64,000 nucleotides of DNA from Candidatus Obscuribacterales bacterium. GTDB taxonomy: Bacteria > Cyanobacteriota > Vampirovibrionia > Obscuribacterales > Obscuribacteraceae. Made by a program: the position numbers and the translations under genes. Each line of letters starts with the position of its first letter. The first letter of the stretch is position 1. Below are positions 41,554 through 51,737 of this stretch, one piece after another. The stretch spans positions 1,984,001-2,048,000 of the forward strand of contig CBDDIJ010000003.1 of NCBI GenBank assembly GCA_965228855.1, given 5' to 3'. The notes beneath the pieces are model-generated. The model ran no database searches. It was given only the letters and a program-made list of their open reading frames with translations, and was not told the origin of the DNA.

Positions 41554-42258
41554 TCACTTCTGTTTAAAACTTTCTTTTGCAGAGCCATTACCATCGTTGA
41601 AGCTGGAAACATTCTTCTCTGCCTTAAAACTCTCTTCCATGGTTGCGACGGCATCGGCGCCTGATAAATTACAAAGACTCTGACGAGCAGAAGCCGCTAC
41701 ATTCCGCCATTCGCTTGGGTTCGTGTCCTTGTGTATTTCACGCGGGAATGTGTACTTGGAGTATGTCTGGTACTCGGAAGCAAGCCGCTCGCATTGATAC
41801 CGACACATATTTCGAAGCATAGTTAGCTCAGTCGAGTTAAGCTTTTGCCAATTTGGAAACTTTCTCTGAATGTAAATGGCAAGCTGAGATCCCAAGTAAT
41901 TACCTGGAGTTAGCGAACATCCATGGTAACGCAGCTTGCATTGGTTCCAGAATTCCTTGTGATATGTGATGTGTTCTGAGTCACCGTCCGTAGACGCAAC
42001 CACACTTCGAGCTATTTCATCGTCGCGCCCCTCGTGCGATGGATCCAATTTTTGAAGGAAGAACTGAATTTCCGGAGTTCTCTGACACATTGCGTCAAAA
42101 AGTAGATTCAATCGAGCACAGTCTTGATCGGAAAAACCAGATTGATTCTGCTGATCATCGACGACTGCCGAGGGCGACTGTCCAGTGGACTGTTGAGCCC
42201 ATGCAGAATTCGCAGACAGAACCAAAAGTACCACCAGACACGCCACTAAGGTTCGCAA
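41554..42258 (-). CDS. Secreted hypothetical protein
   Basis: Signal peptide ending AWA. Confidence 0.75.
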   Translation of the reverse strand: MRTLVACLVVLLVLSANSAWAQQSTGQSPSAVVDDQQNQSGFSDQDCARLNLLFDAMCQRTPEIQFFLQKLDPSHEGRDDEIARSVVASTDGDSEHITYHKEFWNQCKLRYHGCSLTPGNYLGSQLAIYIQRKFPNWQKLNSTELTMLRNMCRYQCERLASEYQTYSKYTFPREIHKDTNPSEWRNVAASARQSLCNLSGADAVATMEESFKAEKNVSSFNDGNGSAKESFKQK

Positions 42259-42384
42259 ACTTTTCCCTCACCAGCAAACAGCCAAGATTGATCATATCAA
42301 CTACAAAAATAAATGCTCGCCACAGGCAAATCCTGCTCACCATTTCGACGCCTTCTTGATTGATATTTTGTATGATAGCTGTCT

Positions 42385-44312
42385 ATGACCGAACGCGCAG
42401 ACGATCTCTTCAAACGATTAGACCCTGATGGACGGTACGAAAACGTCGAGCAGATAGGAAGCGGTGGGATGGGCACAGTTTATCGTGCTCTTGATACTCG
42501 TTTGCTAATTACAGTTGCGATAAAAGTTTTACACCAGAGCAGCGCGCAGGCACTCGTCAGATTTCAGCAAGAAGCACGCGCACTAAGCGCCTTGCAGCAT
42601 GACGGCATCGTAAAAATCTACGACTTCTTCGCGTGCGAAGAGGAGGTTTTACTGATTATGGAATTTGTCGACGGAAAAACCGTTCGACAAATCCTCGATG
42701 AACAGGGAGTTTTTGAAACGGAAGATGCAATCAAGATTGCCTTAGAGGTCAGTCGTGCCATCAAGCATGCGCACGCCAATGGCATCATTCATAGAGACTT
42801 AAAACCTGACAATGTTATGGTCACCACTGACGGTGCAGTCAAAGTTCTAGACTTTGGAATCGCAAAATTGCTTCAAACCGATGACGTGTTCGGAACGTTA
42901 ACACGCGCAGGACAACTTATTGGAAGTCCAATGTATATGAGTCCGGAGCAGTTACAGGGTCAACAAGCAACGGTGCAAACCGACATTTATGGTCTGGGTC
43001 TGCTCCTGTTTCACATGCTTGCTGCTCGAAGTCCGTTTCGCTCGGAGACCGTTTCAACAATGCTTGAAGAACGGCTACACATGCCACCAACCAAGGTAGC
43101 CGAGTTTATAGGGCAAGAGAAGTTGGGTCAGGAAATCGATAGAGTTCTTGCAGTGGCATTGGCTCCAGAACCAAGCAGACGCTATCGCAATATGGCTGCA
43201 TTCGAGTCTGACTTAAACGTACTCAAAAGGTTACCGAGCCACTCGTCCTATAGCCCGCCTGCGGAATTGAAGCCGCCGTCAAACGAAGCAGAGCCTAGAC
43301 CAAAGTCCGCGAAGGTCGCACTGCTGGCAATACCACTGGTTTTAATTACGGTTCTCTTCATTGCAACTGCAGTTTTTCTAACACAACCGTCAGATACCGA
43401 GAAGCTTCTAAAGGGTCCTGCCAAAAGCCAGCACCAGCAGATCGAGATTTTGCCACAAAACGTCGAAGTGGATGAACCAGAGTCGGGCGACACGCAAAAT
43501 CCGGACGTCGCACCTCCCGGTTTCACGTCGGACGACGACAACGGAACGCGGACGGAAACATTCAGTAAGGCACGAGAACCTATCACAAAAGAAAAAATTG
43601 ATTCCGCTCTGAAGGCAAAAATTCGATATCTCAGCTTCGAAGGCAGCGCAACTTTAACGATGAGTATCTCAGGATGCTTAAGGACGCGCCGATATACGCA
43701 CTGGATTTGCGCTCCACTGCCACCGGCATTGGTGGCATGAAAGCACTTCGAGAATTGCCGAAGCTCAACTGGCTCATTCTCAGCAATTCAGACTTCTCTG
43801 ATCAAGGGGTGGAAGTTTTGGGTCCAATGCCGAACTTGAGGAAATTGGAGTTGCACAACTGCCGAAAGTTTACAGACCGTGGTTTAGAATCCCTGGTCTC
43901 AACTTATCCAAAGCTCCAGCTGCTCGATATCGGCGAAACCTCAATCACGACCCTGAAACCGTTGAAGGAGCTGAGACACCTACAGCTCCTACGTGCGGGG
44001 AGAACTGAAATTACCGATGAAGACATCGCTTTCCTGAGAGAACCCCTCAGAACGCTCTACATTATCGGATGTCCAAACATAACGGACCAATCTCTAGCTA
44101 GTCTCGCTCAGATCAAAACGCTAAACTTCGTAGCTCTAAAAGCCTGTCCTAAAATCTCGGTCAAGGCTATTCGTAAATTCATTGCCTCCACCGGATGCAG
44201 AGTAAGTTTTATATCAAAACAAGCAAAGCAGCCCAAAGTTCGCGATGCAATAAAGGACTCTTTCGCGGACCTGGACTCTCTCGATGAAAGTTCGAGCGAT
44301 TATCGTCCCTAG
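42385..44312 (+). pseudogene. Ser/Thr kinase - TM - LRR protein split by a 1-nt frameshift near 43643 (track ORFs 42385..43740 and 43674..44312)
   Basis: GSGGMG, VAIK, HRDLKPDN, DFG, TM helix; the LRR register continues across the frames (IRYLSFEG / QRNFNDEYLRML). Confidence 0.75.
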
Positions 44313-44317
44313 TTGCA

Positions 44318-44818
44318 TTGCAATTCGCGCAACTTTTCGAGCGATTGTATGATTTGAGTATGAATTTCGAAGAAAGCAGCGCCTTAGAACAACTTCGTGC
44401 GGACCTGAGACCGAACGAGAGGATATACGTGTTCGGACCAGGCGGAGATAAGAACATGAATAAAGTTCCGGCGCTCAAAAAATTTCTCGGTTTCACGGTA
44501 TTTTCTATTGCTGCCGGTACGATTGGTTGGCTCGCGCCCCTCCCCTGGGAAATTCAAATGTTCTTTGGGATTTTACCCATTCCAATATTTGCATTTGGTT
44601 TCTGGGTCGTTGCAGTCGAATTCGTCAACGATAAGGATACTGAAGATAGTTTCTACGCACTTACTAACCACCGTCTATTACATCTCGACGATAGCCTTGT
44701 GCAGACCGTTGCGAAACGCTCCGAAATAAAGAAGATGCAGTCAACCGAACGTACAATGTCGCTTTACTTTAACGGACGGGCACTTCTCATAAAGAAGCTA
44801 AGGACTGATGAAGCCTGA
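44318..44818 (+). CDS. Hypothetical membrane protein (2 TM, YALTNHRLL motif)
   Basis: Two hydrophobic helices; start may be ATG at 44360. Confidence 0.7.
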   Translation: MQFAQLFERLYDLSMNFEESSALEQLRADLRPNERIYVFGPGGDKNMNKVPALKKFLGFTVFSIAAGTIGWLAPLPWEIQMFFGILPIPIFAFGFWVVAVEFVNDKDTEDSFYALTNHRLLHLDDSLVQTVAKRSEIKKMQSTERTMSLYFNGRALLIKKLRTDEA

Positions 44819-44820
44819 AG

Positions 44821-45498
44821 CTAAAAAACATCTGGTCGAAGAACGGGTTGACTCCAATTAGTCTTCCTGCCGCTATCCAGACGCTGCAACTCGTCTCTAA
44901 ACATAAGCTCCATCGAAGTCAGCTTGATACGATAAACTTTGTCTCGAAATGAGTTGGAGTCAAAAATCCGAACCTTCTTCATTGCATCTTTAACGTGTGA
45001 GTCGAAATCTTCACTCAGACTGTTTTGAGTAATTTCCAGATCCTCGACTTGTCCATCGTTCCCAATACGAAACCTTACTTCGCAGAGCAACAAATTACCA
45101 TTGCAACTGGTCTTAAGGTAGGAACGCATAGATCTTCTCAAACTTTGAATAACCGATGTTTCCAAAGGAGCTCTTGAGCGCGAGCCGAATCCATACGACT
45201 CAGTTTTTGAACTCCGAACGCTGGTGTCGTCGTATAGCGACAGTTCTGCAGCGCTGTAGTTTGGCCCCACCGAATCATCACTGTCAGAAACCTCTGAAGC
45301 ACCAGCTGCGGTACCAGTAGTTTCCGATTCTGTGCCAACGCTCTCGTTGACCATGGAGGGTTGTCCGCAGGCTTCTCCAAGATCAGTTTCAGGTGCAGAG
45401 AAAACGACATCGCATGTCAGAGTAAAGCTGATGAGGACTGCGGCTATGAATGCGTTCGATTTCACACGACGTTCCTCTAATTCAAACAACAGGTTCAA
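44821..45498 (-). CDS. Hypothetical protein with TonB/TolA C-terminal-like domain
   Basis: EVRFRIGNDGQVEDLEITQNSLSEDFDSHVKDAMKK; N-terminal hydrophobic segment. Confidence 0.65.
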   Translation of the reverse strand: MNLLFELEERRVKSNAFIAAVLISFTLTCDVVFSAPETDLGEACGQPSMVNESVGTESETTGTAAGASEVSDSDDSVGPNYSAAELSLYDDTSVRSSKTESYGFGSRSRAPLETSVIQSLRRSMRSYLKTSCNGNLLLCEVRFRIGNDGQVEDLEITQNSLSEDFDSHVKDAMKKVRIFDSNSFRDKVYRIKLTSMELMFRDELQRLDSGRKTNWSQPVLRPDVF

Positions 45499-45733
45499 GA
45501 TCCATTAAATCACGCATGAGAAACTTCACTCGAAGTTCACCGCGCTCCATAATCCACAGCCAGTCTAATGACATCCAATCAAATCTTGAGTTTGGAGAAC
45601 GCCAAGTGAACTCTGCCCGCAGTCGAAATAGACAGGCGCAGTCCCAAGAATTGTATTTTTCGAGCGTGGAAACAGTTCCAGCCTCCAAGAACCGGCTAAA
45701 ATGTCAGGCTGTATGGCGTCTAGGAACTGAATC

Positions 45734-47296
45734 ATGGGTTACTCGGACTTAAGAGAATTTTTGCAAGAACTCGAGCGAGACGGGGAGCTGATGCGTATAA
45801 CGGCACCCGTTTCCACCGACCTCGAAATCGCGGCGATCACCGACCGAGTAAGCAAGTCTACGGACGGCAACAATAAAGCGTTGCTGTTTACCAATGTAAA
45901 AGGCTATGACATGCCTGTTTTGATTAACGCATTCGGTTCAAACAACCGAATACGCAAATCGTTGCAGGTGCAAGACCTCGATGAAATCGCCGATCGAATC
46001 CGGAAGCTGATTAAACCGAAGGTGCCAGAAAACTTCGTCGATAAGCTCGCAATGCTTCCGATGCTGATGGAAGTAGGACGGTTTCCTCCAAAACATTTAA
46101 AAGGCGCCGCGCCCTGTCAGGAAGTCGTGATCACTGACCCGTCAGAGCCGATGCTCGACAAGATTCCGATTATCAAATGCTGGCCGGACGACGCTGGTCC
46201 GTTCGTCACGCTTGGAGTCGTGATCACGAAAGATCCGAAGAACGGGCACAGAAACCTCGGCGTATACCGCCTGCAGAAATACGATAACAAAACGACCGGC
46301 ATGCACTGGCACAAGCATCATGATGGCGCGCGCCATTTCGAAGAAAGCCGGCGGCAAATGGAAACCGGCGTCCAGCCCGAGGAGCCGCCGAACTATGGAA
46401 CGTTCTTCGACAAAGACCAATATCAAAAGCCCGGAAATCGACTGGAAGTTGCTATCGCGTTAGGCTGCGAGCCAGAAGTCACATATGCCGCGACCGCTCC
46501 GCTACCACCGGATATCGACGAGCTGCTTTTTGCAGGCTTCCTCAAGTCGGCACCGGTCAAAATAACCAAGTGCAAAACCATCGACCTTGAGGTTCCCGCA
46601 AACGCGGAGATCATTATAGAAGGATACGTCGATCAGGAGGACCTCCGCACCGAGGGACCGTTCGGAGACCACACAGGCTTTTACAGCCTCGCCGGACTAT
46701 TCCCAACTCTGCATGTGACGGCCGTCACCCACCGTCGCGATCCGATTTATCAAACCACAATCGTCGGAAAGCCGCCCCAAGAAGACTGCTATCTGGGAAA
46801 AGCCACGGAAAGAATTTTCCTGCCGATGGTGCAAATGCTCGTCCCTGAAATAGTCGACATGAACCTGCCCTGGGAAGGCGTCTTTCATAACTGTGTTATT
46901 GTCTCCATCGACAAGCGATTTCCCGGTCATGCCCGTAAGGTAATGAGCGCTCTCTGGGGGCTTGGTCAGTTGATGTTCACTAAATTTGCAATCGTGCTCG
47001 ATAAGGATGTCGATATTCAAAACCTATCGGAGGTGGCGCTGCATGTGTTTGGAAACACTGATCCGAAGCGAGACATGATGTTTGCCGAAGGACCACTGGA
47101 CATTCTCGATCACGCTTCGCCGCTGATGAGTTACGGTTCCAAAGTTGGAATCGATGCCACGCGAAAGTGGAAATCTGAGGGCTTCGACCGAATTTGGCCG
47201 GATCCGATCGTAATGACAAAGGAAGTCGACGCGATGGTTGAATCGCGTTGGGCCGAGTATGGTTTTCAAAAACATCTAACTACAACTCGGCGGTAA
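45734..47296 (+). CDS. ubiD: UbiD-family decarboxylase (menaquinone-biosynthesis type)
   Basis: YSDLREFL, RNLGVYR, EGPFGDHTGFY, GKPPQED, LDH, KVGIDAT. Confidence 0.93.
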   Translation: MGYSDLREFLQELERDGELMRITAPVSTDLEIAAITDRVSKSTDGNNKALLFTNVKGYDMPVLINAFGSNNRIRKSLQVQDLDEIADRIRKLIKPKVPENFVDKLAMLPMLMEVGRFPPKHLKGAAPCQEVVITDPSEPMLDKIPIIKCWPDDAGPFVTLGVVITKDPKNGHRNLGVYRLQKYDNKTTGMHWHKHHDGARHFEESRRQMETGVQPEEPPNYGTFFDKDQYQKPGNRLEVAIALGCEPEVTYAATAPLPPDIDELLFAGFLKSAPVKITKCKTIDLEVPANAEIIIEGYVDQEDLRTEGPFGDHTGFYSLAGLFPTLHVTAVTHRRDPIYQTTIVGKPPQEDCYLGKATERIFLPMVQMLVPEIVDMNLPWEGVFHNCVIVSIDKRFPGHARKVMSALWGLGQLMFTKFAIVLDKDVDIQNLSEVALHVFGNTDPKRDMMFAEGPLDILDHASPLMSYGSKVGIDATRKWKSEGFDRIWPDPIVMTKEVDAMVESRWAEYGFQKHLTTTRR

Positions 47297-47303
47297 TCGA
47301 GTA

Positions 47304-48710
47304 TTGAAACGGAAAGTTGAATGTTTCAATCTTCTTGAGAAACTGCTGTCAGCATTCGATCAGCGCAGGGGTTTAAACTCTCGAGCCTACATAATATTGA
47401 TGCTCTGGGTCTCAATAGTTTTTGGGAATCTTGCGATTAGCCCAACGCAAGCCAAACCGGCTGATGATCATGTGAAGGTCGGGAAGCAGCTTCTCTCGAC
47501 TGGCAACTTCCCGGCCGCGGCCAAAAGTTTTTCCCAAGCTCTTCAACTCGATCCTTCTAACGCCGAGGCACTTGCACTGCGGGGGTTCATACTTTACTGG
47601 ATGAATAAACCGCAGCTAGCAATTCAAGACTTGGATAAGTCTGTCCAAATAGATCCGAAAAACTATTCTGGTTGGACGTCTAGAGCCGAGGTTTTGCGAC
47701 ATCTTCAGCGTTATGATGAGTCGAGAAAAGATCTCGATAAAGCTATAGCACTGAAGCCAAACCTTCCCGATGCGTACTATCTGAGAGGTTTGTCCAGTCT
47801 CTTGCAGGGGCTGCACGTCCGCGCACAGCAAGACTTTACAAGCGCTATCAAACTCGGGCAATCTCATAAGTACGTCAACTTCGCTTACTACTGGCGCGGT
47901 CGAACCGAAGAGATGCAGGAAAATTATCGAGCGGCAATCGACGACTTCACAAAGTCCATGAGCCTTGGCAAACCTCAGTCTCGCACGATTCGCCATCTCG
48001 ATCCCAAAGCCATCTATATGTATTCCGCCGGGGAGTCAAAAGCAGGTTCGCTCGGATTGCTTGAACGCGGGCTCTGTTACAGCGCTGTCGGCGAGCACGA
48101 GAAAGCGATTGCGGACCTCACCGAAGTATTGAAGACAAGTCCAAAGGAAACCTTGTTGTACGAGAAGCGCGGAAACGCTCTGCTGGCGCTGGGGAAGTAT
48201 CAGGACGCGCTGAAAGACTTTAATCGCGCGCTTCTATTAGGTACGGAATCCGGTGATGTTTATTTCCATCTCGGACTCGCGCACTTCTGTTTGAAAAAAT
48301 ACTCGAACACCACGAGAGACTTCTCAGCTTGGTTCGAGAGGACCTTTTGGGAAGACGATAAGAAAAATCCGCTGGCATTGACGATGACAATCTTATCGAT
48401 GAAACGCTCGCAACAAGATGCTCAGGTCCCCAAATTGCTGAAAGATGCAAATAGTGGAATGGCAAAAACAGTAGGTTGGCGAAAGTCAGTCCTGAGCATG
48501 CTGCAACACAAGATCAGCGCGGAACAGTTCGTCGCTCAGACAGAGAAGAAATCGCTCAAAGATAGGACCCAAGCGCGTTGTTACGCCTCACTTTACTTGC
48601 TTTCAGAAAGCAAAGCGAAAGAAGCGAAACAGCACTTCGAGTGGATGAAATCTAAAGGCGACCGAAACCTACTGGAATTCACCATTTTGGACGCTGAATT
48701 CCAACCCTAG
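47304..48710 (+). CDS. TPR-repeat protein with NlpI-like C-terminus
   Basis: Multiple TPRs and an N-terminal hydrophobic segment. Confidence 0.85.
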   Translation: MKRKVECFNLLEKLLSAFDQRRGLNSRAYIILMLWVSIVFGNLAISPTQAKPADDHVKVGKQLLSTGNFPAAAKSFSQALQLDPSNAEALALRGFILYWMNKPQLAIQDLDKSVQIDPKNYSGWTSRAEVLRHLQRYDESRKDLDKAIALKPNLPDAYYLRGLSSLLQGLHVRAQQDFTSAIKLGQSHKYVNFAYYWRGRTEEMQENYRAAIDDFTKSMSLGKPQSRTIRHLDPKAIYMYSAGESKAGSLGLLERGLCYSAVGEHEKAIADLTEVLKTSPKETLLYEKRGNALLALGKYQDALKDFNRALLLGTESGDVYFHLGLAHFCLKKYSNTTRDFSAWFERTFWEDDKKNPLALTMTILSMKRSQQDAQVPKLLKDANSGMAKTVGWRKSVLSMLQHKISAEQFVAQTEKKSLKDRTQARCYASLYLLSESKAKEAKQHFEWMKSKGDRNLLEFTILDAEFQP

Positions 48711-48920
48711 AAACGCCTGACTCAAACGGTTATAGAACCTCAAACCCTGTTATTATGAAAATCAGGTTTTCAAGAGGTAGTTTTTAATTTTGAGCGTGTT
48801 GAATCCTGTGCTTAGGGGGCATAAGAGAAATACGAACTCAATTCTTCTCGCCGCAAATGGAAATACGCGTCGGAGAGAGTTTGGCTTGGTCGTTATCCTA
48901 TATTCTCGTGAGCGTGCGTC

Positions 48921-50132
48921 ATGAAGCAATTGAAGCGCATAGTTGTACTTTTCGTGGCCGGAATTATGATGGCCGGCATGGCTTACCAACCTGCCCAGGG
49001 GCACAAGGTTGAGCCGGACGAAGTGTACCATCGCGCATGGCAACTCGTTAAAGACAACTATTACGATGCCGGTTTTAACGGTGTCAACTGGAAAGAACTT
49101 GAGCACAAGTACGACTCCAAGATCAACAATCTGGACGACGCGCACAAGTACATCAAAGTGATGCTGAAGAGCCTCAACGATCCTTACACACGTTTCCTGG
49201 ATCCAAGAGCGTTCCAAGACGAGAATGATGCAATCGACGCAAAAATCGTCGGCATCGGAATCAACCTTCAGCAAACCAAAGATAAGGCGAAACTCCTCAT
49301 CACCAGAACGATCGAAGATGGTCCCGCTGAAAAGGCTGGTATCAGAGCTGGTGACGAAATCGTCGCTATCGACAACTCGAATGCAGTCGGCATCACACCT
49401 GAGCAAGCCGCAGAAAAAATCCGTGGTCAAGCAGGAACCAGCGTGAGTCTGACCGTCAAACGCGAGAAAGATAACGAAGCCAAAAAGATCGCTATCGTCA
49501 GAAGTGAAATCGTTATCAAAGCGGTTTCGACCAAGATGCTCGAAAACAATATCGGTTACATCCAGCTCACAACCTTCATTTCCAATGATGCTGCCAGAGA
49601 GTTCAAACAAGCACTGAGAAAGTACAACAAAGCCGATGGTCTTGTCGTCGACCTCAGAGATAATCCGGGCGGACTTCTCTCCAACGCACTCGAAATCGCA
49701 GACATGCTTCTCGAGAGCGGTCCCATCGTCAGCACCATCAGCAGACACGGCAAGCACACAGACCTCTCATCCGGTACACCGGTCACACATCAACCCATAG
49801 TTGTTCTCATCGATGAAGAAAGCGCCAGCGCAAGTGAAATTCTCGCCAGCGCCCTCAAAGATAACAAACGCGCCAAGCTCGTCGGCAACAAGAGCTACGG
49901 CAAAGGACTCGTTCAAGAGATCAACAAACTTCCGGGCGGCGCTGCAGTTCACATCACAGTATCGCGCTACCTGACCCCCAACGGCAGCGACATCAACAAG
50001 ATCGGAGTCAAGCCCGACTTCCAGGTTCAAGTCAAAGAAGAGCAACTCGACAGAGCCGTCGACTGCTTGAAGAGCGAAATCGCAAGCTTGAAAAACCCGG
50101 TCAGAACAAGCAGCTTGTCGTTCAGCAGATAA
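48921..50132 (+). CDS. ctpA: Carboxyl-terminal processing protease (S41A, PDZ)
   Basis: LNDPYTRF, GIGI, DLRDNPGG, SASASEI, GKG. Confidence 0.95.
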   Translation: MKQLKRIVVLFVAGIMMAGMAYQPAQGHKVEPDEVYHRAWQLVKDNYYDAGFNGVNWKELEHKYDSKINNLDDAHKYIKVMLKSLNDPYTRFLDPRAFQDENDAIDAKIVGIGINLQQTKDKAKLLITRTIEDGPAEKAGIRAGDEIVAIDNSNAVGITPEQAAEKIRGQAGTSVSLTVKREKDNEAKKIAIVRSEIVIKAVSTKMLENNIGYIQLTTFISNDAAREFKQALRKYNKADGLVVDLRDNPGGLLSNALEIADMLLESGPIVSTISRHGKHTDLSSGTPVTHQPIVVLIDEESASASEILASALKDNKRAKLVGNKSYGKGLVQEINKLPGGAAVHITVSRYLTPNGSDINKIGVKPDFQVQVKEEQLDRAVDCLKSEIASLKNPVRTSSLSFSR

Positions 50133-50160
50133 TTAGCAACGTCGGACGCTAATAACCTCT

Positions 50161-50196
50161 CAGATGCCGGTGCCGCAAGGTCCGGCATTTGTGTTT
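50161..50196 (+). terminator. Terminator after ctpA
   Basis: agatgccgg...cc-gcaa-gg...ccggcattt then gtgttt. Confidence 0.65.
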
Positions 50197-50501
50197 AGAA
50201 AGAAACCGTCCCGACTATCGCCCATCAATCTATCAGCGACGGAATTCGCTAAATCCGTCGCTCGCTCATTGACAGGGCTCATCTGGAGTCGTCGAAATTA
50301 ATACCCGCGGACTGGAAACAAGTGTCTGAAAACGGGGCTTTTAGTTGACATAATAGAAAATGATGTCAAGATTACATTTAGAGGTCGTCTTCTTGACCTA
50401 AATTCTGAGAAGCAGCGCCATGTGGGTCAGTTGCTCACCTTCTGAATTTTAAGCTCATAATTTACTAATTGCTCGAAACCACCGCAAACCGGAGAACGGT
50501 T

Positions 50502-51707
50502 ATGAATTCTCGAAAAGTCCAAGCCTTACTACTGTCTTCGCTCCTGTGCTTAGGCGCTCTTCCGGCATGTGCAGCAGGAGATCAAACCCGTTCAGACGAG
50601 GCGATGACGTACCCGAGCCCCAGCCAAAGCGAATGGACGCAACCGTCATCTTCATCGACCAACCAGTCCGGATGGACACAGCCTTCATCGGGAGCTTCTG
50701 CCGGACAGTCCGGCTGGCAACAACCATCCTCACAAGCCTCTTCCGGTCAATCAGGCTGGCAACAACCATCTTCTCCAGTGTCCGCCGGTCAATCGGGCTG
50801 GCAACAACCATCTTCTCAAGTGTCTGCCGGACAATCGGGCTGGCAACAACCATCTTCTCAAGCATCTCCAGGTCAGTCCGATTGGCAAATGCCCGCCGGG
50901 TCTTCCGGTGGCAATTCCTTTGGAGGAGGCTCCGGCGCGGGTCAGTCAGGGTGGAATCAAGCATCTGGAGGTGATGGCTCCGGTCAATCAGGCTGGGTTC
51001 AACCATCCGGAGGTGCCAATCCAGGACAGTCTGGATGGACACAGCCCTCCAACGCCGCAAACGCATCGAATCCCGGTCAGTCCGGTTGGGTTCAGCCTTC
51101 GGGTAACGCAGGTGGAGGCGGTCAAGGTCAGTCCGGATGGACTCAGCCATCGACCGCATCGAGCGGTCCAGGTCAATCCGGCTGGGTGCAACCATCCGGC
51201 AATGCCGGCAGTGGAAACGCTCCCCTCCTCGGTGAGGTGCTCATGCAAGAGCAAGCCGGCGGTGGTGGCACTGCTGGTGGCATGACCTCAGCCGGCGCAG
51301 GCGGTGGCATGGGAGATATGAGTGCAATGGGCGGAGCCGGTGCTATGGGCGCAACGGGAGCAACGGGCGCAACCGGCGCAGGAGGTCTGGCCGATATGAT
51401 GGGCGCCGGTGGCATGAATATGCCACTAAACTCCGTGGGAGGCGCCCTTCAAGTTCTGGACTTCATGATGCAAGCGATGCCGTCTAAAAACAGCGGCAGA
51501 ATGGTACCAGGCGGGATGGCTCCGGCGAATGGAATGGCTGGCGCACCCGTAAGCAACGGTCAATACGCTCCAGCGAAGAAACCAATGCCGGTTGTCGGTG
51601 GCGTAGGTTCCACGATGAATAAATCAGTCAACCGTGGTATCAACCGCGGTATCAACTCCGGCGTGAATCGTGCTGTTGGCCGCTCAATGAGATACATTCA
51701 CTTCTAG
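50502..51707 (+). CDS. Secreted GQSGW-repeat, Gly/Met-rich low-complexity protein
   Basis: GGAG RBS, signal peptide ending ACA, 13 repeats. Confidence 0.88.
   Translation: MNSRKVQALLLSSLLCLGALPACAAGDQTRSDEAMTYPSPSQSEWTQPSSSSTNQSGWTQPSSGASAGQSGWQQPSSQASSGQSGWQQPSSPVSAGQSGWQQPSSQVSAGQSGWQQPSSQASPGQSDWQMPAGSSGGNSFGGGSGAGQSGWNQASGGDGSGQSGWVQPSGGANPGQSGWTQPSNAANASNPGQSGWVQPSGNAGGGGQGQSGWTQPSTASSGPGQSGWVQPSGNAGSGNAPLLGEVLMQEQAGGGGTAGGMTSAGAGGGMGDMSAMGGAGAMGATGATGATGAGGLADMMGAGGMNMPLNSVGGALQVLDFMMQAMPSKNSGRMVPGGMAPANGMAGAPVSNGQYAPAKKPMPVVGGVGSTMNKSVNRGINRGINSGVNRAVGRSMRYIHF
50622..51200 (+). repeat. 13 coding repeats of consensus GQSGW[QTV]QPS (mostly 42-bp period)
   Basis: Counted in the translation; DNA unit resembles ggtcaatcgggctggcaacaaccatcttct. 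Confidence 0.9.
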
Positions 51708-51737
51708 ACTCTGGACCGCTTTTCCGAAGCGTCAAAC

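Noticed and set aside
43585..43600. A-rich tract as a programmed -1 frameshift site
   Set aside because: The -1 frame has a TGA at 43599 right after it, and there is no in-frame slippery heptamer
48762..49757. 331-aa minus-strand ORF
   Set aside because: Antisense shadow of ctpA
50690..50880. 42-bp periodic repeats as a CRISPR array
   Set aside because: In-frame coding repeats with wobble-position variation, no unique spacers, no cas genes
50500..51195. 231-aa minus-strand repeat ORF (EKMVVAS repeats)
   Set aside because: Shadow of the GQSGW gene, which has the RBS and signal peptide
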